Source of the DNA: Pseudobacteriovorax sp.
GTDB lineage: Bacteria > Bdellovibrionota_B > Oligoflexia > Oligoflexales > Oligoflexaceae
Direction: 5' to 3'
DNA: 54,868 bases
Assembly: GCA_050293845.1 (NCBI GenBank)
Contig: JBNKNM010000017.1
Coordinates: 1-54,868 of the forward strand
Below the pieces are notes generated by a model. The model worked only from the letters and a program-made list of their open reading frames with translations. It had not been told where the DNA came from and ran no database searches. The position numbers and the translations under genes were made by a program. Below are positions 39,511 to 48,886 of this stretch, piece after piece (position 1 is the stretch's first letter; every line of letters begins with the position of its first letter).

Positions 39511-40938
39511 TCAGCGGACAAAAAAGCGTAAAACTCTAGATTTCAAGGGGCTTTCTGGCAAATACCGAAATGGTAGATCAAACTTAGATGATACTTGAAC
39601 TATGGACTTATGGTGAGAGAAGGTATCAAAAGAGTACTTTCCATGGTAAGCACCAAAACCGCTTTGCCCAATCCCCCCAAAGGAAAGCTCATTATTGGAT
39701 AAATGGACGATGGTATCATTGATGCAACCACCTCCAAAGGCTACTTTGTCCCTGAACTTCTCCACTTCATCACTATCTTCCGAAAAAAGATATGCTGCTA
39801 GAGGCTTAGGCTTGTCTCGAATAAACTTCACCATCTCATCAAATCTTTCATAGGTAAATAGTGGTAGCAGAGGACCAAAAATCTCATCATGAAAGAGTCG
39901 GGAATCGCTGGTAACATTTTCAAGAATCGTGGGTTCGATATACAGTTCCTGACGATCATGATTGCCACCATAAGCAACCTCACCTTCCTGGATAAGGCCT
40001 ACTAAACGATCAAAGTGAGCTGTATTTACGATCCGGCCATAACAAGAGTTTTTATGTATATCATGACCTAATTGACTATGGATCTCATCCTTAAGAGCAG
40101 CTATGAGTTGGTCCCGATAGGCCTCCTGCACTAGAATATAATCAGGAGCCACGCAGGTTTGCCCTGCATTCGGGATCTTGCCGAATATAATACGCCGGGC
40201 AGCCAAAGGGATATTTGCATGTTGCGTTACAATAACCGGGCTTTTTCCTCCTAACTCTAAGGTCGTAGGAGTTAAAGTTTTTGCGCAAGCAGAAGCTACC
40301 AGACGACCTATCTGAATACTCCCAGTAAAAAAGACATGATTCCAGCCATAACTTAGCAGCTGTTGTGATACCTGAGCACCCCCTAAAAAGCAGCTTACGT
40401 ACTCCTCAGCAAACGCGTCATGAATCAACTCTGCTAAAACCTGAGAGGAGTGGGATGATACTTCCGAAGGCTTTATCACAGCACAGTTACCTGCAGCAAC
40501 AGCTCCCACCAGGGGTACTAAGTTCAGCAAAAATGGGTAATTCCAAGGTGACTGGATCAGGACTTGCCCCAGAGGTTCCGGGTATCGATAACTTTTGGCT
40601 GGTAATAGATATAAGGGAGTAGCCCGCTTTTCGGGTTTCATAAAGTATTTGAGGTTTTTTTGAAAATAGCGAATTTCCTTACCGATGAGAGCTATCTCCA
40701 TCATGTAAGACTCGCGTTCCGCCTTACCGAGGTCTTCCTTGAGAGCGGATAGAATAGCCTTTTCAAACCTATCGAGGCTCTCGCGAAGTCTGCGTAATTG
40801 CTCTTTACGAAATCCATATTCCTTAGTGCGACCGGAAGCAAAATAGTCCTGCTGGAGATCCATGATTCTCTTTAAAGGGGTACCAGACGGGTTGAGAATA
40901 TTGCTTTCTTCAAGTTCGGCGGGCATATACGCTCCCAT
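39511..40938 (-). CDS. Aldehyde dehydrogenase (ALDH3-like)
   Basis: PWNYP, FTGS, LELGGKSP, NAGQTCVAPDY, EIFGP, FGGIGQSG. Confidence 0.95.
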   Translation of the reverse strand: MGAYMPAELEESNILNPSGTPLKRIMDLQQDYFASGRTKEYGFRKEQLRRLRESLDRFEKAILSALKEDLGKAERESYMMEIALIGKEIRYFQKNLKYFMKPEKRATPLYLLPAKSYRYPEPLGQVLIQSPWNYPFLLNLVPLVGAVAAGNCAVIKPSEVSSHSSQVLAELIHDAFAEEYVSCFLGGAQVSQQLLSYGWNHVFFTGSIQIGRLVASACAKTLTPTTLELGGKSPVIVTQHANIPLAARRIIFGKIPNAGQTCVAPDYILVQEAYRDQLIAALKDEIHSQLGHDIHKNSCYGRIVNTAHFDRLVGLIQEGEVAYGGNHDRQELYIEPTILENVTSDSRLFHDEIFGPLLPLFTYERFDEMVKFIRDKPKPLAAYLFSEDSDEVEKFRDKVAFGGGCINDTIVHLSNNELSFGGIGQSGFGAYHGKYSFDTFSHHKSIVQVSSKFDLPFRYLPESPLKSRVLRFFVR

Positions 40939-41084
40939 TTATAGTTAAGACAATTATAGACTGTTTAAATCGCCATGTTAAGCCGAAGCGGCATCATGTG
41001 GTGAATCAAAAAGCTATTCCTATTTGCCCCATTATCCGCTAACCTCGAGAGTTAAAGTACTTTAAGCAACAAAAGGAGTTGTCA

Positions 41085-41351
41085 ATGCGCAAAAGTCTTA
41101 TGTTATCCGCTGTAGTAGGGATTGGCTTAACGGCAACCAGTTCAGCGGCACCCAAATGGGCTAAAAAGGGTGATGTTATTGTGAAATGCAAAGGTGTTGC
41201 CAAAAAGGGAGCTAATGACTGCGGCGCTAATGGCCATGCATGCTCAGGACAAGCCGCAAAAGATCGCGACCCTAATGAGTGGGTATATACCCCCGAAGGG
41301 CTCTGCGAAAAAATTGGTGGTAAGATTGGCAAAAAAAGTAAAGTCCAATAG
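41085..41351 (+). CDS. DUF2282 / BufA1-type bufferin precursor peptide
   Basis: Signal peptide, then C.GVAK.G.NDC....H.C.GQA..D.DP.EW...P.G.CEK.GG; AAGGAG RBS. Confidence 0.88.
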   Translation: MRKSLMLSAVVGIGLTATSSAAPKWAKKGDVIVKCKGVAKKGANDCGANGHACSGQAAKDRDPNEWVYTPEGLCEKIGGKIGKKSKVQ

Positions 41352-41353
41352 TC

Positions 41354-42154
41354 ATGGAAACACACTTGAGGGGGGTGGGCTTTAACCTACGCCCTGAGTG
41401 GCTCGATTTTATAATAAACGAACAGCCCCCAGTGCCATATTTAGAAATCATTGTGGATAACTGGTTTTCCCCAGGTCCACACCATAAAAAGCTGGCCCAG
41501 GTGCGCCGCGATTATGAGCTCTTATTTCATTGTGTTGGTATGAACCTCGGGGGTGATGACCCTTTAGACTGGGAATACTTGGGGAGGGTGCAGGAGCTAG
41601 CCTCCCGCTTCCAACCCCTTCATATTTCCGATCATCTTTGTTTCCAGCACTACAAAGGTCAATACTTTCACGACCTCTTACCCATACCTCTGCATGAGGA
41701 TTCCCTACACCACTGCAAAAACCGCGTTGAGCAAGTTATAGAGCAATTAGAAAGACCCTTGCTCATAGAAAACCTCTCCTACTATGTTCAGTATGAAAAC
41801 AGCACTATGATGGAAGCTGATTTTATAGCCCATCTCTGCCAAGCCACAGGGACAAAGATTTTACTAGATCTCAATAATATCTGGGTCAATGAGCAAAACC
41901 TTGGTATTAGCTTTGATGATTTTATCACCAGTATCCCGCGCCAAGTGATTGGTGAGATCCATTTAGCTGGACCAGAGATGCAAGATAGCATGTATGTGGA
42001 TACCCATGGTACTGATGTAGTAGAGGATGTCAAAACCAGATTCAGCACAATAGTTAAGGAAGTCAATGTACCCGTTATCTATGAACGGGACAATAATCTA
42101 CCCCACCCCCAAGATATAGTACGAATCTGCCAAGAATTGGAGCAACTATGCTGA
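41354..42154 (+). CDS. DUF692 multinuclear non-heme iron oxidase (MNIO; BufB-like)
   Basis: H.VG, SDHLC, DLLP, IEN, LLDLNN, EIHLAG, DTH, ERD. Confidence 0.93.
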   Translation: METHLRGVGFNLRPEWLDFIINEQPPVPYLEIIVDNWFSPGPHHKKLAQVRRDYELLFHCVGMNLGGDDPLDWEYLGRVQELASRFQPLHISDHLCFQHYKGQYFHDLLPIPLHEDSLHHCKNRVEQVIEQLERPLLIENLSYYVQYENSTMMEADFIAHLCQATGTKILLDLNNIWVNEQNLGISFDDFITSIPRQVIGEIHLAGPEMQDSMYVDTHGTDVVEDVKTRFSTIVKEVNVPVIYERDNNLPHPQDIVRICQELEQLC

Positions 42155-42672
42155 CATCCATTGATAAATTTGTAGATATCCTACAACAGCCATTTTTAAA
42201 AAATGCCAGCAATCGTCGCGATCAAGGATTTCAGATCTATCGCTTAAACTACCTGCTCAACCATATCAAAGTATTACAGGACAGTTTTCCTGTCGCACAA
42301 ATCGTCCTTGGCGAGAATAATTTCAAATTCTTTGCGAAACAGTATCTGGAAACCTACCCTCCAACTGTGAGTAACATCGAACGCTTTGGCAGCAGCTTTG
42401 CGGAGTTTCTACAAAATCGACACGAACTTTGCGAAATTCCTATTATCGCTGCATACAGTAAATTGGATTGGTTTTGGTGGCGGCGTTTTCAAAATCCTAG
42501 TCCTATATTCTTATGGCAAGGGGTTCTGCAAAATTGGAATGCTTTTCACGACGGTCAGGAAGAAATAGAGCAGGAACTAAATCCCGAAAACATTGTTAAG
42601 ATTATCCTCACTAACCACGATGATGGGTTTTATTTAGAGGAAGAATATATAAGTACATCAGCAAAGATCTGA
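42148..42672 (+). CDS. DUF2063 partner protein (BufC-like), short form
   Basis: IYR.N.....L...FP....LG..F...A..Y...P....I..FG..F..FL; follows DUF692. Confidence 0.85.
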   Translation: MLTSIDKFVDILQQPFLKNASNRRDQGFQIYRLNYLLNHIKVLQDSFPVAQIVLGENNFKFFAKQYLETYPPTVSNIERFGSSFAEFLQNRHELCEIPIIAAYSKLDWFWWRRFQNPSPIFLWQGVLQNWNAFHDGQEEIEQELNPENIVKIILTNHDDGFYLEEEYISTSAKI

Positions 42673-42810
42673 TTAGCAATGGTATTTATGGTTTAAAATG
42701 ACCATATGTATAGAAATCTACCGCATCATAACACGATTCTAAGCATGTAATTTATGGGTAGATTTACTCATTAATAACTACACCCTTACTAAAACACTCC
42801 GGCTCCGATG

Positions 42811-43653
42811 CTAGGCTGTTTCTATAGGCTTGAAAGCTTTGATTAATTGATCGACTTGCTTAACTTGTGTTAGAAATTCTGCTACTTTATCTAACTTTAA
42901 GGCACAGGGACCATCACAAAGAGCCTCATCCGGATCAGGGTGGGTTTCGAGAAATAGCCCCGCTATTTTCTGAGTGATACCAGCAAGGGCGAGATTAGTC
43001 ACATACTGACGACGTCCATCGGCAGAATCTTTGCGACCACCCGGCATCTGTAAGGAATGGGTTACATCAAAAATGACAGGATGACCCGTTTCTTTCATAA
43101 CTTGGAAACCTAGCATATCTACCACAAGGTTATTATAGCCAAAGCTACTTCCTCTTTCACAAAGCATTGTATTCGTGTTGCCATTTTCAGCAAATTTATT
43201 AAGGATATGACTCATTTCGTGCGGAGCTAAAAACTGTGGTTTCTTAATATTGATGACTGCACCGGTTTGTGCCATCGCATTCACAAGATCGGTTTGCCGC
43301 GCTAAGAACGCGGGCAGTTGAATCACATCACAGACTTCAGCGGCCACAGTAGCTTGGAACGGTTCATGGACATCGGTTATTAGAGGGACCTTGAATGTAT
43401 CCTTTACTTCTTGCAGTATCTTCAACCCTTCATCCAACCCTGGACCACGAAATGATTTACTTGACGAGCGATTCGCTTTATCAAAAGATGCCTTATAAAC
43501 AAAGGGAATCTTTAACTTTTCACAGACTGTTTGTAATATTTCCGCTGTTTTTAATACTAGGTCACGAGATTCAATAACGTTATTGCCACCAAACAATACC
43601 ATGGGTAACTCGTTCCCAACTTCAAACGTTGCAATAGAGATTTTTTTCTGCAT
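42811..43653 (-). CDS. kdsA: KDO-8-phosphate synthase
   Basis: [42 protein letters not shown]...CDG. Confidence 0.97.
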   Translation of the reverse strand: MQKKISIATFEVGNELPMVLFGGNNVIESRDLVLKTAEILQTVCEKLKIPFVYKASFDKANRSSSKSFRGPGLDEGLKILQEVKDTFKVPLITDVHEPFQATVAAEVCDVIQLPAFLARQTDLVNAMAQTGAVINIKKPQFLAPHEMSHILNKFAENGNTNTMLCERGSSFGYNNLVVDMLGFQVMKETGHPVIFDVTHSLQMPGGRKDSADGRRQYVTNLALAGITQKIAGLFLETHPDPDEALCDGPCALKLDKVAEFLTQVKQVDQLIKAFKPIETA

Positions 43654-43708
43654 TTTTATCCTAACCAACCACATCTAAAAGGTACATGATTCATTATATA
43701 TTATTGAT

Positions 43709-44077
43709 TCAGTTAAAAATGTCTCGCCCAAAAAGCCCCACGATGTCCTCATTTAAGTCCAAAACGACCAAAGCCCGGCATGGATGCTCCTGTAAATAAT
43801 ATTTTGCTTCCGTAACGAGTACCCCTTCGTTGATTATTGTTCCAGTAGATGCCAAGGTCGCAGCGATTTTCTTACCTACAATTCCTGACTTCCCCATTCC
43901 GATAACAATGACGCGACCACTTCACTTTATAATTTCTTCTACTATATCAGCGAAAACCTCATCAATGGTACCCGCTAGCTTAAGAAGTTGCATCGCAACC
44001 TTGCGAAGAGAAGTCTTGGCTACCTCAACAGTATTGATAGATATATTGTTTTCAAATACATGTTTTGCGTGACTCAT
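43709..44077 (-). pseudogene. kpsF: KpsF/KdsD arabinose-5-phosphate isomerase pseudogene
   Basis: In-frame TGA at 43922-43924 before SGRVIVIGMGKSGIVGKKIAATLASTGT, which is fused directly to a last-CBS-like tail (IINEG...LVVLD...IVG). Confidence 0.88.
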
Positions 44078-44662
44078 TTCCTGAACTTTTCCTAGTAAAA
44101 TCATTTGAAATTAATGGCATATTCAATTAAGACGATCGCATGTTCATTACTAGACTGATGATCCTAGCCCTGTAATGTGACTTTTATATGCAAGTTTATT
44201 GCATACAGAGTCAAATTTATTCAATAATCGTTTGACCTTATATGGGTACAGAATATCTCACGCCACTCTCTGGTGAAAATGATACACCCTTGTTAGATGT
44301 CTGTTCCCATCTAGTACGTTTATAGGAAAATATTCTTAACACAAAACATATTTTTTTACATAGTTAATTGGTGTCTGGTAAGTATAAATTTTCATTAGCA
44401 AACTATAAACAATCCTATCCTTATAATAGTTAAGAAAAGTGTTCACCATGAGCAACATAAGCAAGAACAAATAAGAAATATTGAAAATTTTTCCCAGAAA
44501 TAATCATCATGATCACATGTGATTCTAAACTTTGTTGCTTTAGCAATCTCAATTAAAAGCAATATTTTATGGATTACGGTTTCTGATTAAAGCTGGACTA
44601 TTTGCTACAGTTAGGGTAGACCCCTAATATCTGACGCAGTACCTCTAAGGTAAGGTAAGGTT

Positions 44663-45457
44663 GTGAAAGCGATTTTTATTGAGGCACAGTCGCCTTTAAG
44701 AGCAAATTATAATATCATTCTAGCTTTATTTATCCGGGAGCTTAAAACACGTTTCGGAAAGCAAAGACTTGGTATCTTATGGTCTTTTATCGAGCCAGCT
44801 GCCCACATTTTAACTTTTACGGCTATCTGGCAAATACGGGGTAGTACCGATATCTATGGAATTTCTATCCTATTATTCATCTTATCTGGTATACAGCCCT
44901 ACAATTTTTTTACATCAATGATTAGTCGTTCCATGACATCATGCCAAGGCAATAAAGGTCTCTTTAGTTTCAGGCAGGTCAAGCCTATTCATGCACTGAT
45001 CGCTAGATGGATCTTGGAGTTTGGTATTTTCATTTTTGTTTATGGAGTTTTTATACTGATTGGTCTGTGGTTTGGCATTGGAGTCGCTCCCTATGATCAT
45101 TCACTAATATTAATAGCCTACTTTTTCCTGGCTATTTTTGGAGCCGGCTTAGGGCTAATGGCCTCGGCTCTAGTGATTTTATTTCCAGAGACTGAAAAAA
45201 TTATCCCCCTTGTCATGCGCCCTCTGTACTTTCTTTCCGGAGTTTTCTATTCTTCAAAATCACTTCCTAGTGCTGCTATGGAAATTATTGGATGGAACCC
45301 GGTCTTTTGTGCTATAGATATCGCTCGGTATGGTTACTTTGGAATACCATCCTCGGAACATATATCCCTGTTGTACTTAGGATTTTCGGCATCAAGTACG
45401 CTACTCGTTGGTCTCTATCTCTATAAAAGACATTGGACAAAGATGGTGGGCACATGA
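44663..45457 (+). CDS. kpsM: Capsule ABC transporter permease
   Basis: ALFIRELKTRFG...LW.FIEP, RQVKP, RPLYFLSGVF, NP. Confidence 0.93.
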   Translation: MKAIFIEAQSPLRANYNIILALFIRELKTRFGKQRLGILWSFIEPAAHILTFTAIWQIRGSTDIYGISILLFILSGIQPYNFFTSMISRSMTSCQGNKGLFSFRQVKPIHALIARWILEFGIFIFVYGVFILIGLWFGIGVAPYDHSLILIAYFFLAIFGAGLGLMASALVILFPETEKIIPLVMRPLYFLSGVFYSSKSLPSAAMEIIGWNPVFCAIDIARYGYFGIPSSEHISLLYLGFSASSTLLVGLYLYKRHWTKMVGT

Positions 45458-46107
45458 TTAAGTTTGAAAATGTTTCAAAATTCTATCGCACCCCCAAAGG
45501 ACTAAAGTACGCTTTAAAGGATGTTACTTTTGAAATTCCTACCACCGCCAATATCGGTATTTTGGGAAAAAATGGTGCAGGAAAAAGTACTCTGTTGCGT
45601 CTTATAGGGAAGATCGATTTCCCTAGCAAAGGGACTATTCAAAGCAATAAAAATATATCCTGGCCGGTCGGTCTAGGTAACGTTTATCAGGGGTCTATGA
45701 CAGCCCGAGAAAATACGCGATTCGTTGGCAGGATTTTTGGAGTTAGAGATTTAAGGCAACTTGAAGATAAGGTATATGAATTTTCAGAGATAGGCTCTTA
45801 CTTCGATATGCCAGTTAACACTTACTCTTCCGGTATGAGATCGCGATTCACTTTTGCATTAAGTATGGCTTTTAAATTTGATGTCTATCTGATTGATGAG
45901 ATCACATCCGTCGGTGACCAATCGTTCCGTAACAAGTGCAAAGCTACCCTCGAAAAACGACGTAAGGATTCATCGGTACTTATGGTTTCACATAATATCA
46001 ACGAACTGATGAGTTACTGTGATGTAGGTTTGCTATTAAGAAACGGACAACTTAGCTATTTTGACGACATAAAAGAAGCTGTAAAAGTTTATAAGGAACT
46101 CCCGTGA
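45454..46107 (+). CDS. kpsT: Capsule ABC transporter ATPase
   Basis: GKNGAGKS, ISWPVG, YSSGM, YLIDE; ATG overlaps the kpsM stop. Confidence 0.95.
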   Translation: MIKFENVSKFYRTPKGLKYALKDVTFEIPTTANIGILGKNGAGKSTLLRLIGKIDFPSKGTIQSNKNISWPVGLGNVYQGSMTARENTRFVGRIFGVRDLRQLEDKVYEFSEIGSYFDMPVNTYSSGMRSRFTFALSMAFKFDVYLIDEITSVGDQSFRNKCKATLEKRRKDSSVLMVSHNINELMSYCDVGLLLRNGQLSYFDDIKEAVKVYKELP

Positions 46108-47300
46108 TAAAAGGACAAAAAATTGTAAATAGAAAACTGCGCAAGCTATACAGACATCCTATTTTATTTGTCAAAGACTCAAAAACTGTCAGAGTACTAG
46201 AGTCGCAAACAATCAAAAAGAAGCTTTTTATCAATAAGCTCTTCTTCGGTGTTTTGATAGTACCCTTAATATTGGCTTGCAGTTATTATGCTTTCGTTGC
46301 ATCCGACAAGTTTGCGAGTGAATCAAAGATCATTGTTCGTACCATTGGCTCGCAGAACCAACTTCCCTTAGGTCTTGCCTTTGTCACAGGTACTACAGGT
46401 TCTCATGCTGATGCCATGATCGTTCAAGAGTATATTTCTTCCATGACCATGTATCGCTATTTAAAATCGGAACTGGATATCCATAAGCATTATTCCGGAG
46501 AGCAAGTAGATTTTGTTGCCTCCCTTGCTGAGGATGCCCCCATAGAAGACCAATTGGAATATTTCCAAAATCAAGTCTCAGTAACTTTTGACGACATCAG
46601 TGGAGTTTTGACTATCGAAGCTATTGCGTTTGATCCTGATATGGCACAACGTTTGGTTAAAAAGATTATTGATAAGAGCGAGGAATTTATAAATTATGTT
46701 AGTACCAGCCTGAGTGAAGAACAATATGAGTTTGTGAATAAAGAATTAGAACATGTGCAACAGAAACTAAAAAAAACCAAGCGTGCTATCAACGACTTTA
46801 GCCAAAAGCATCACATTGTAGATCCTGAATCGGAGTCACAAGCCATGACAGCCGTGGTGAATGAGCTAAAAGCTGAACTAACGAAACAGGAAGCACAGCT
46901 AAAAACTCTATTGGGATTCATGAACCCCAACTCACAGGAAGTAAAAGGCATCAAAAATCGCATTAATGCTATTCGGGAACAATTATCCAAGGAATCAAAG
47001 AACTATGCAGACAGTGATGATAGCTCCTTAAGTCAGCTACGCTCGCGCTACCACGAGCTGGTCTTGGAGTTTGAATTTGCTCAAAATGCATATAAAGCAG
47101 CTTTAGCAACACTAGAAAAAGTTCGCGTCGATACCTATCAGAAGAAGAAATACTTAGTTCGGATTACGGAGCCATTTGTACCAGAATATGCCAAATATCC
47201 CCGTAAAACAAAAAACCTAGTCACCATATTTTTTGTTTTATTCATAGCTTTTGGAACGATCACCTTAGTGACAGAAATAGTAAAAGAGAATATGGAATGA
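46104..47300 (+). CDS. kpsE: Capsule export inner-membrane protein (PCP-3)
   Basis: N- and C-terminal TM helices, ASD.F.SES, QEYI.S, coiled coils, P..PE...YP. Confidence 0.9.
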   Translation: MIKGQKIVNRKLRKLYRHPILFVKDSKTVRVLESQTIKKKLFINKLFFGVLIVPLILACSYYAFVASDKFASESKIIVRTIGSQNQLPLGLAFVTGTTGSHADAMIVQEYISSMTMYRYLKSELDIHKHYSGEQVDFVASLAEDAPIEDQLEYFQNQVSVTFDDISGVLTIEAIAFDPDMAQRLVKKIIDKSEEFINYVSTSLSEEQYEFVNKELEHVQQKLKKTKRAINDFSQKHHIVDPESESQAMTAVVNELKAELTKQEAQLKTLLGFMNPNSQEVKGIKNRINAIREQLSKESKNYADSDDSSLSQLRSRYHELVLEFEFAQNAYKAALATLEKVRVDTYQKKKYLVRITEPFVPEYAKYPRKTKNLVTIFFVLFIAFGTITLVTEIVKENME

Positions 47301-48886
47301 AATTTATACTGATTATAACATATATTTTCACTGCGTTGAGCCTGCAAGCACAGAACACACAGGAAATTAAGAAGTCGACACCTGTTCATCAGCAGTATTT
47401 TGGATCTCACCTGTTTCAAGGCCAATTTGCTAAGGAATCCTTTAAGGGCTTTAACCCCGAATATGTTATTGCTGTAGGTGATAAAATAGCTGTTAAACTT
47501 TGGGGAGCTTTTGATTTTGAACAGATCGTGACGGTGGACGAGCAAGGAAACATATTCGTTCCCAAAGTTGGTCCTATTAAGGTAGTTGGTGTTCGCAATA
47601 AAGATCTGAACAATATTGTTCAAAAATCTGTACGTAAAGTCTTTTTTAAAAATGTAGGGATTTATACGAACCTCAGTACTAGTCAATCCGTTAAGGTTTA
47701 TGTTACAGGTTTTGTTAGCAAGCCTGGCCTATATACAGGGTTGAACAGCGATTCGGTGCTTCATTATATCGACAAGGCTGGAGGCATCGATACTGAACGC
47801 GGCAGCTTTATTAAAATCAATATTCTACGTCATCAAAGAAAAATTCAGGTTATTAATCTTTATGACTTTATTCTTAAAGGCACCCTTCCTAACTTCCAGT
47901 TTCATGATGGTGATACTATTCTTGTTGAGCCTAAAAAAAATACGTCCCTAGTACTAGGCTTGATCAAAAACGAAGGTGTTTTTGAATTTGATAGAGCCAC
48001 TATTAACCTGAGCGAACTCCTCAAACTCGCCAATCGTGCTCCCCAGGCAACTCATGTGCGTATTTCTCACAATAAGGATCAACATAAAACATTTGAATAC
48101 TTAAACCTAAAGCAGATTAATGATGTCAAGGTTTATCCTGATGACAGAGTTGAAATCGTTAACGATCGCCTCCAAGGCAATCTGTCCATCCGTATCGAAG
48201 GCCAGCATCAAAGTACTAAGGAGTACATTGTAGCTCCTGGTACCACATTGGGAGATATCTTGAAGCATGTTGAGTATGGACCTCTTTCCGATCGTCATCA
48301 CTTACAATTGTTCCGGAAAAGCGTAAAAGTAGCACAGAAAAAGCGCTTGGAAGAATCCCTGCAGGCTTTAGAAAAATCTCTGCTATCAGCCAGTTCATCA
48401 ACCCAAGCTGAGGCCGAATTAAGAGCAGCCGAAACTAAAATGCTACTTCAGGTAATTGAAAAAGCCCGTGAAATTGAACCCATTGGACAGGTTGTACTAT
48501 CTAAGGATACCGACTTTAGCCATGTCGTACTAGAAGAGCATGACATTATCAAGGTACCCACCAAAAGTAATCTTGTCATGATACATGGCGAAGTCATGTT
48601 TCCTAACGCTATTGTTTTTCGGCCCGATTTCGATATTGATGATTATATTACAGCCGCAGGTGGTTTCACCGAACGAGCGCGAGATGATTATATACTGATT
48701 ATGCACTTGGATGGTTCGTTTACTGTGGAGGAGGGCCGCTGGTTCTCTAAGAGTGAGACCATCATTCCAGGGGACGAAATATTTGTACTTCCTAAAGTTG
48801 ATACTAAAACGTTCCAATTATCCAAAGATATTTCTCAAATACTGTTCAACTTAGCTGCTACAGCCAAAGTATTACTGGTAATATAA
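47297..48886 (+). CDS. kpsD: Capsule export OPX protein
   Basis: FG..LF.G.F, Y....GD.I...LWG, VD.QGNIF.PKVGP, SLBB repeats. Confidence 0.9.
   Translation: MKFILIITYIFTALSLQAQNTQEIKKSTPVHQQYFGSHLFQGQFAKESFKGFNPEYVIAVGDKIAVKLWGAFDFEQIVTVDEQGNIFVPKVGPIKVVGVRNKDLNNIVQKSVRKVFFKNVGIYTNLSTSQSVKVYVTGFVSKPGLYTGLNSDSVLHYIDKAGGIDTERGSFIKINILRHQRKIQVINLYDFILKGTLPNFQFHDGDTILVEPKKNTSLVLGLIKNEGVFEFDRATINLSELLKLANRAPQATHVRISHNKDQHKTFEYLNLKQINDVKVYPDDRVEIVNDRLQGNLSIRIEGQHQSTKEYIVAPGTTLGDILKHVEYGPLSDRHHLQLFRKSVKVAQKKRLEESLQALEKSLLSASSSTQAEAELRAAETKMLLQVIEKAREIEPIGQVVLSKDTDFSHVVLEEHDIIKVPTKSNLVMIHGEVMFPNAIVFRPDFDIDDYITAAGGFTERARDDYILIMHLDGSFTVEEGRWFSKSETIIPGDEIFVLPKVDTKTFQLSKDISQILFNLAATAKVLLVI

Noticed and set aside
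43922..43924. Selenocysteine TGA in kpsF
   Set aside because: The gene also has a large deletion, and no convincing SECIS hairpin follows.
44608..44662. ops/JUMPstart element before kpsM
   Set aside because: There is a TTAGGG/CCCTAA hairpin and three TAAGG copies, but no GGCGGTAG.
47138..47686. 182-aa minus-strand ORF and other overlapping ORFs in the track (for example 24137-24577, 19706-20086, 17943-18263)
   Set aside because: They overlap well-supported genes and have no recognisable motifs.
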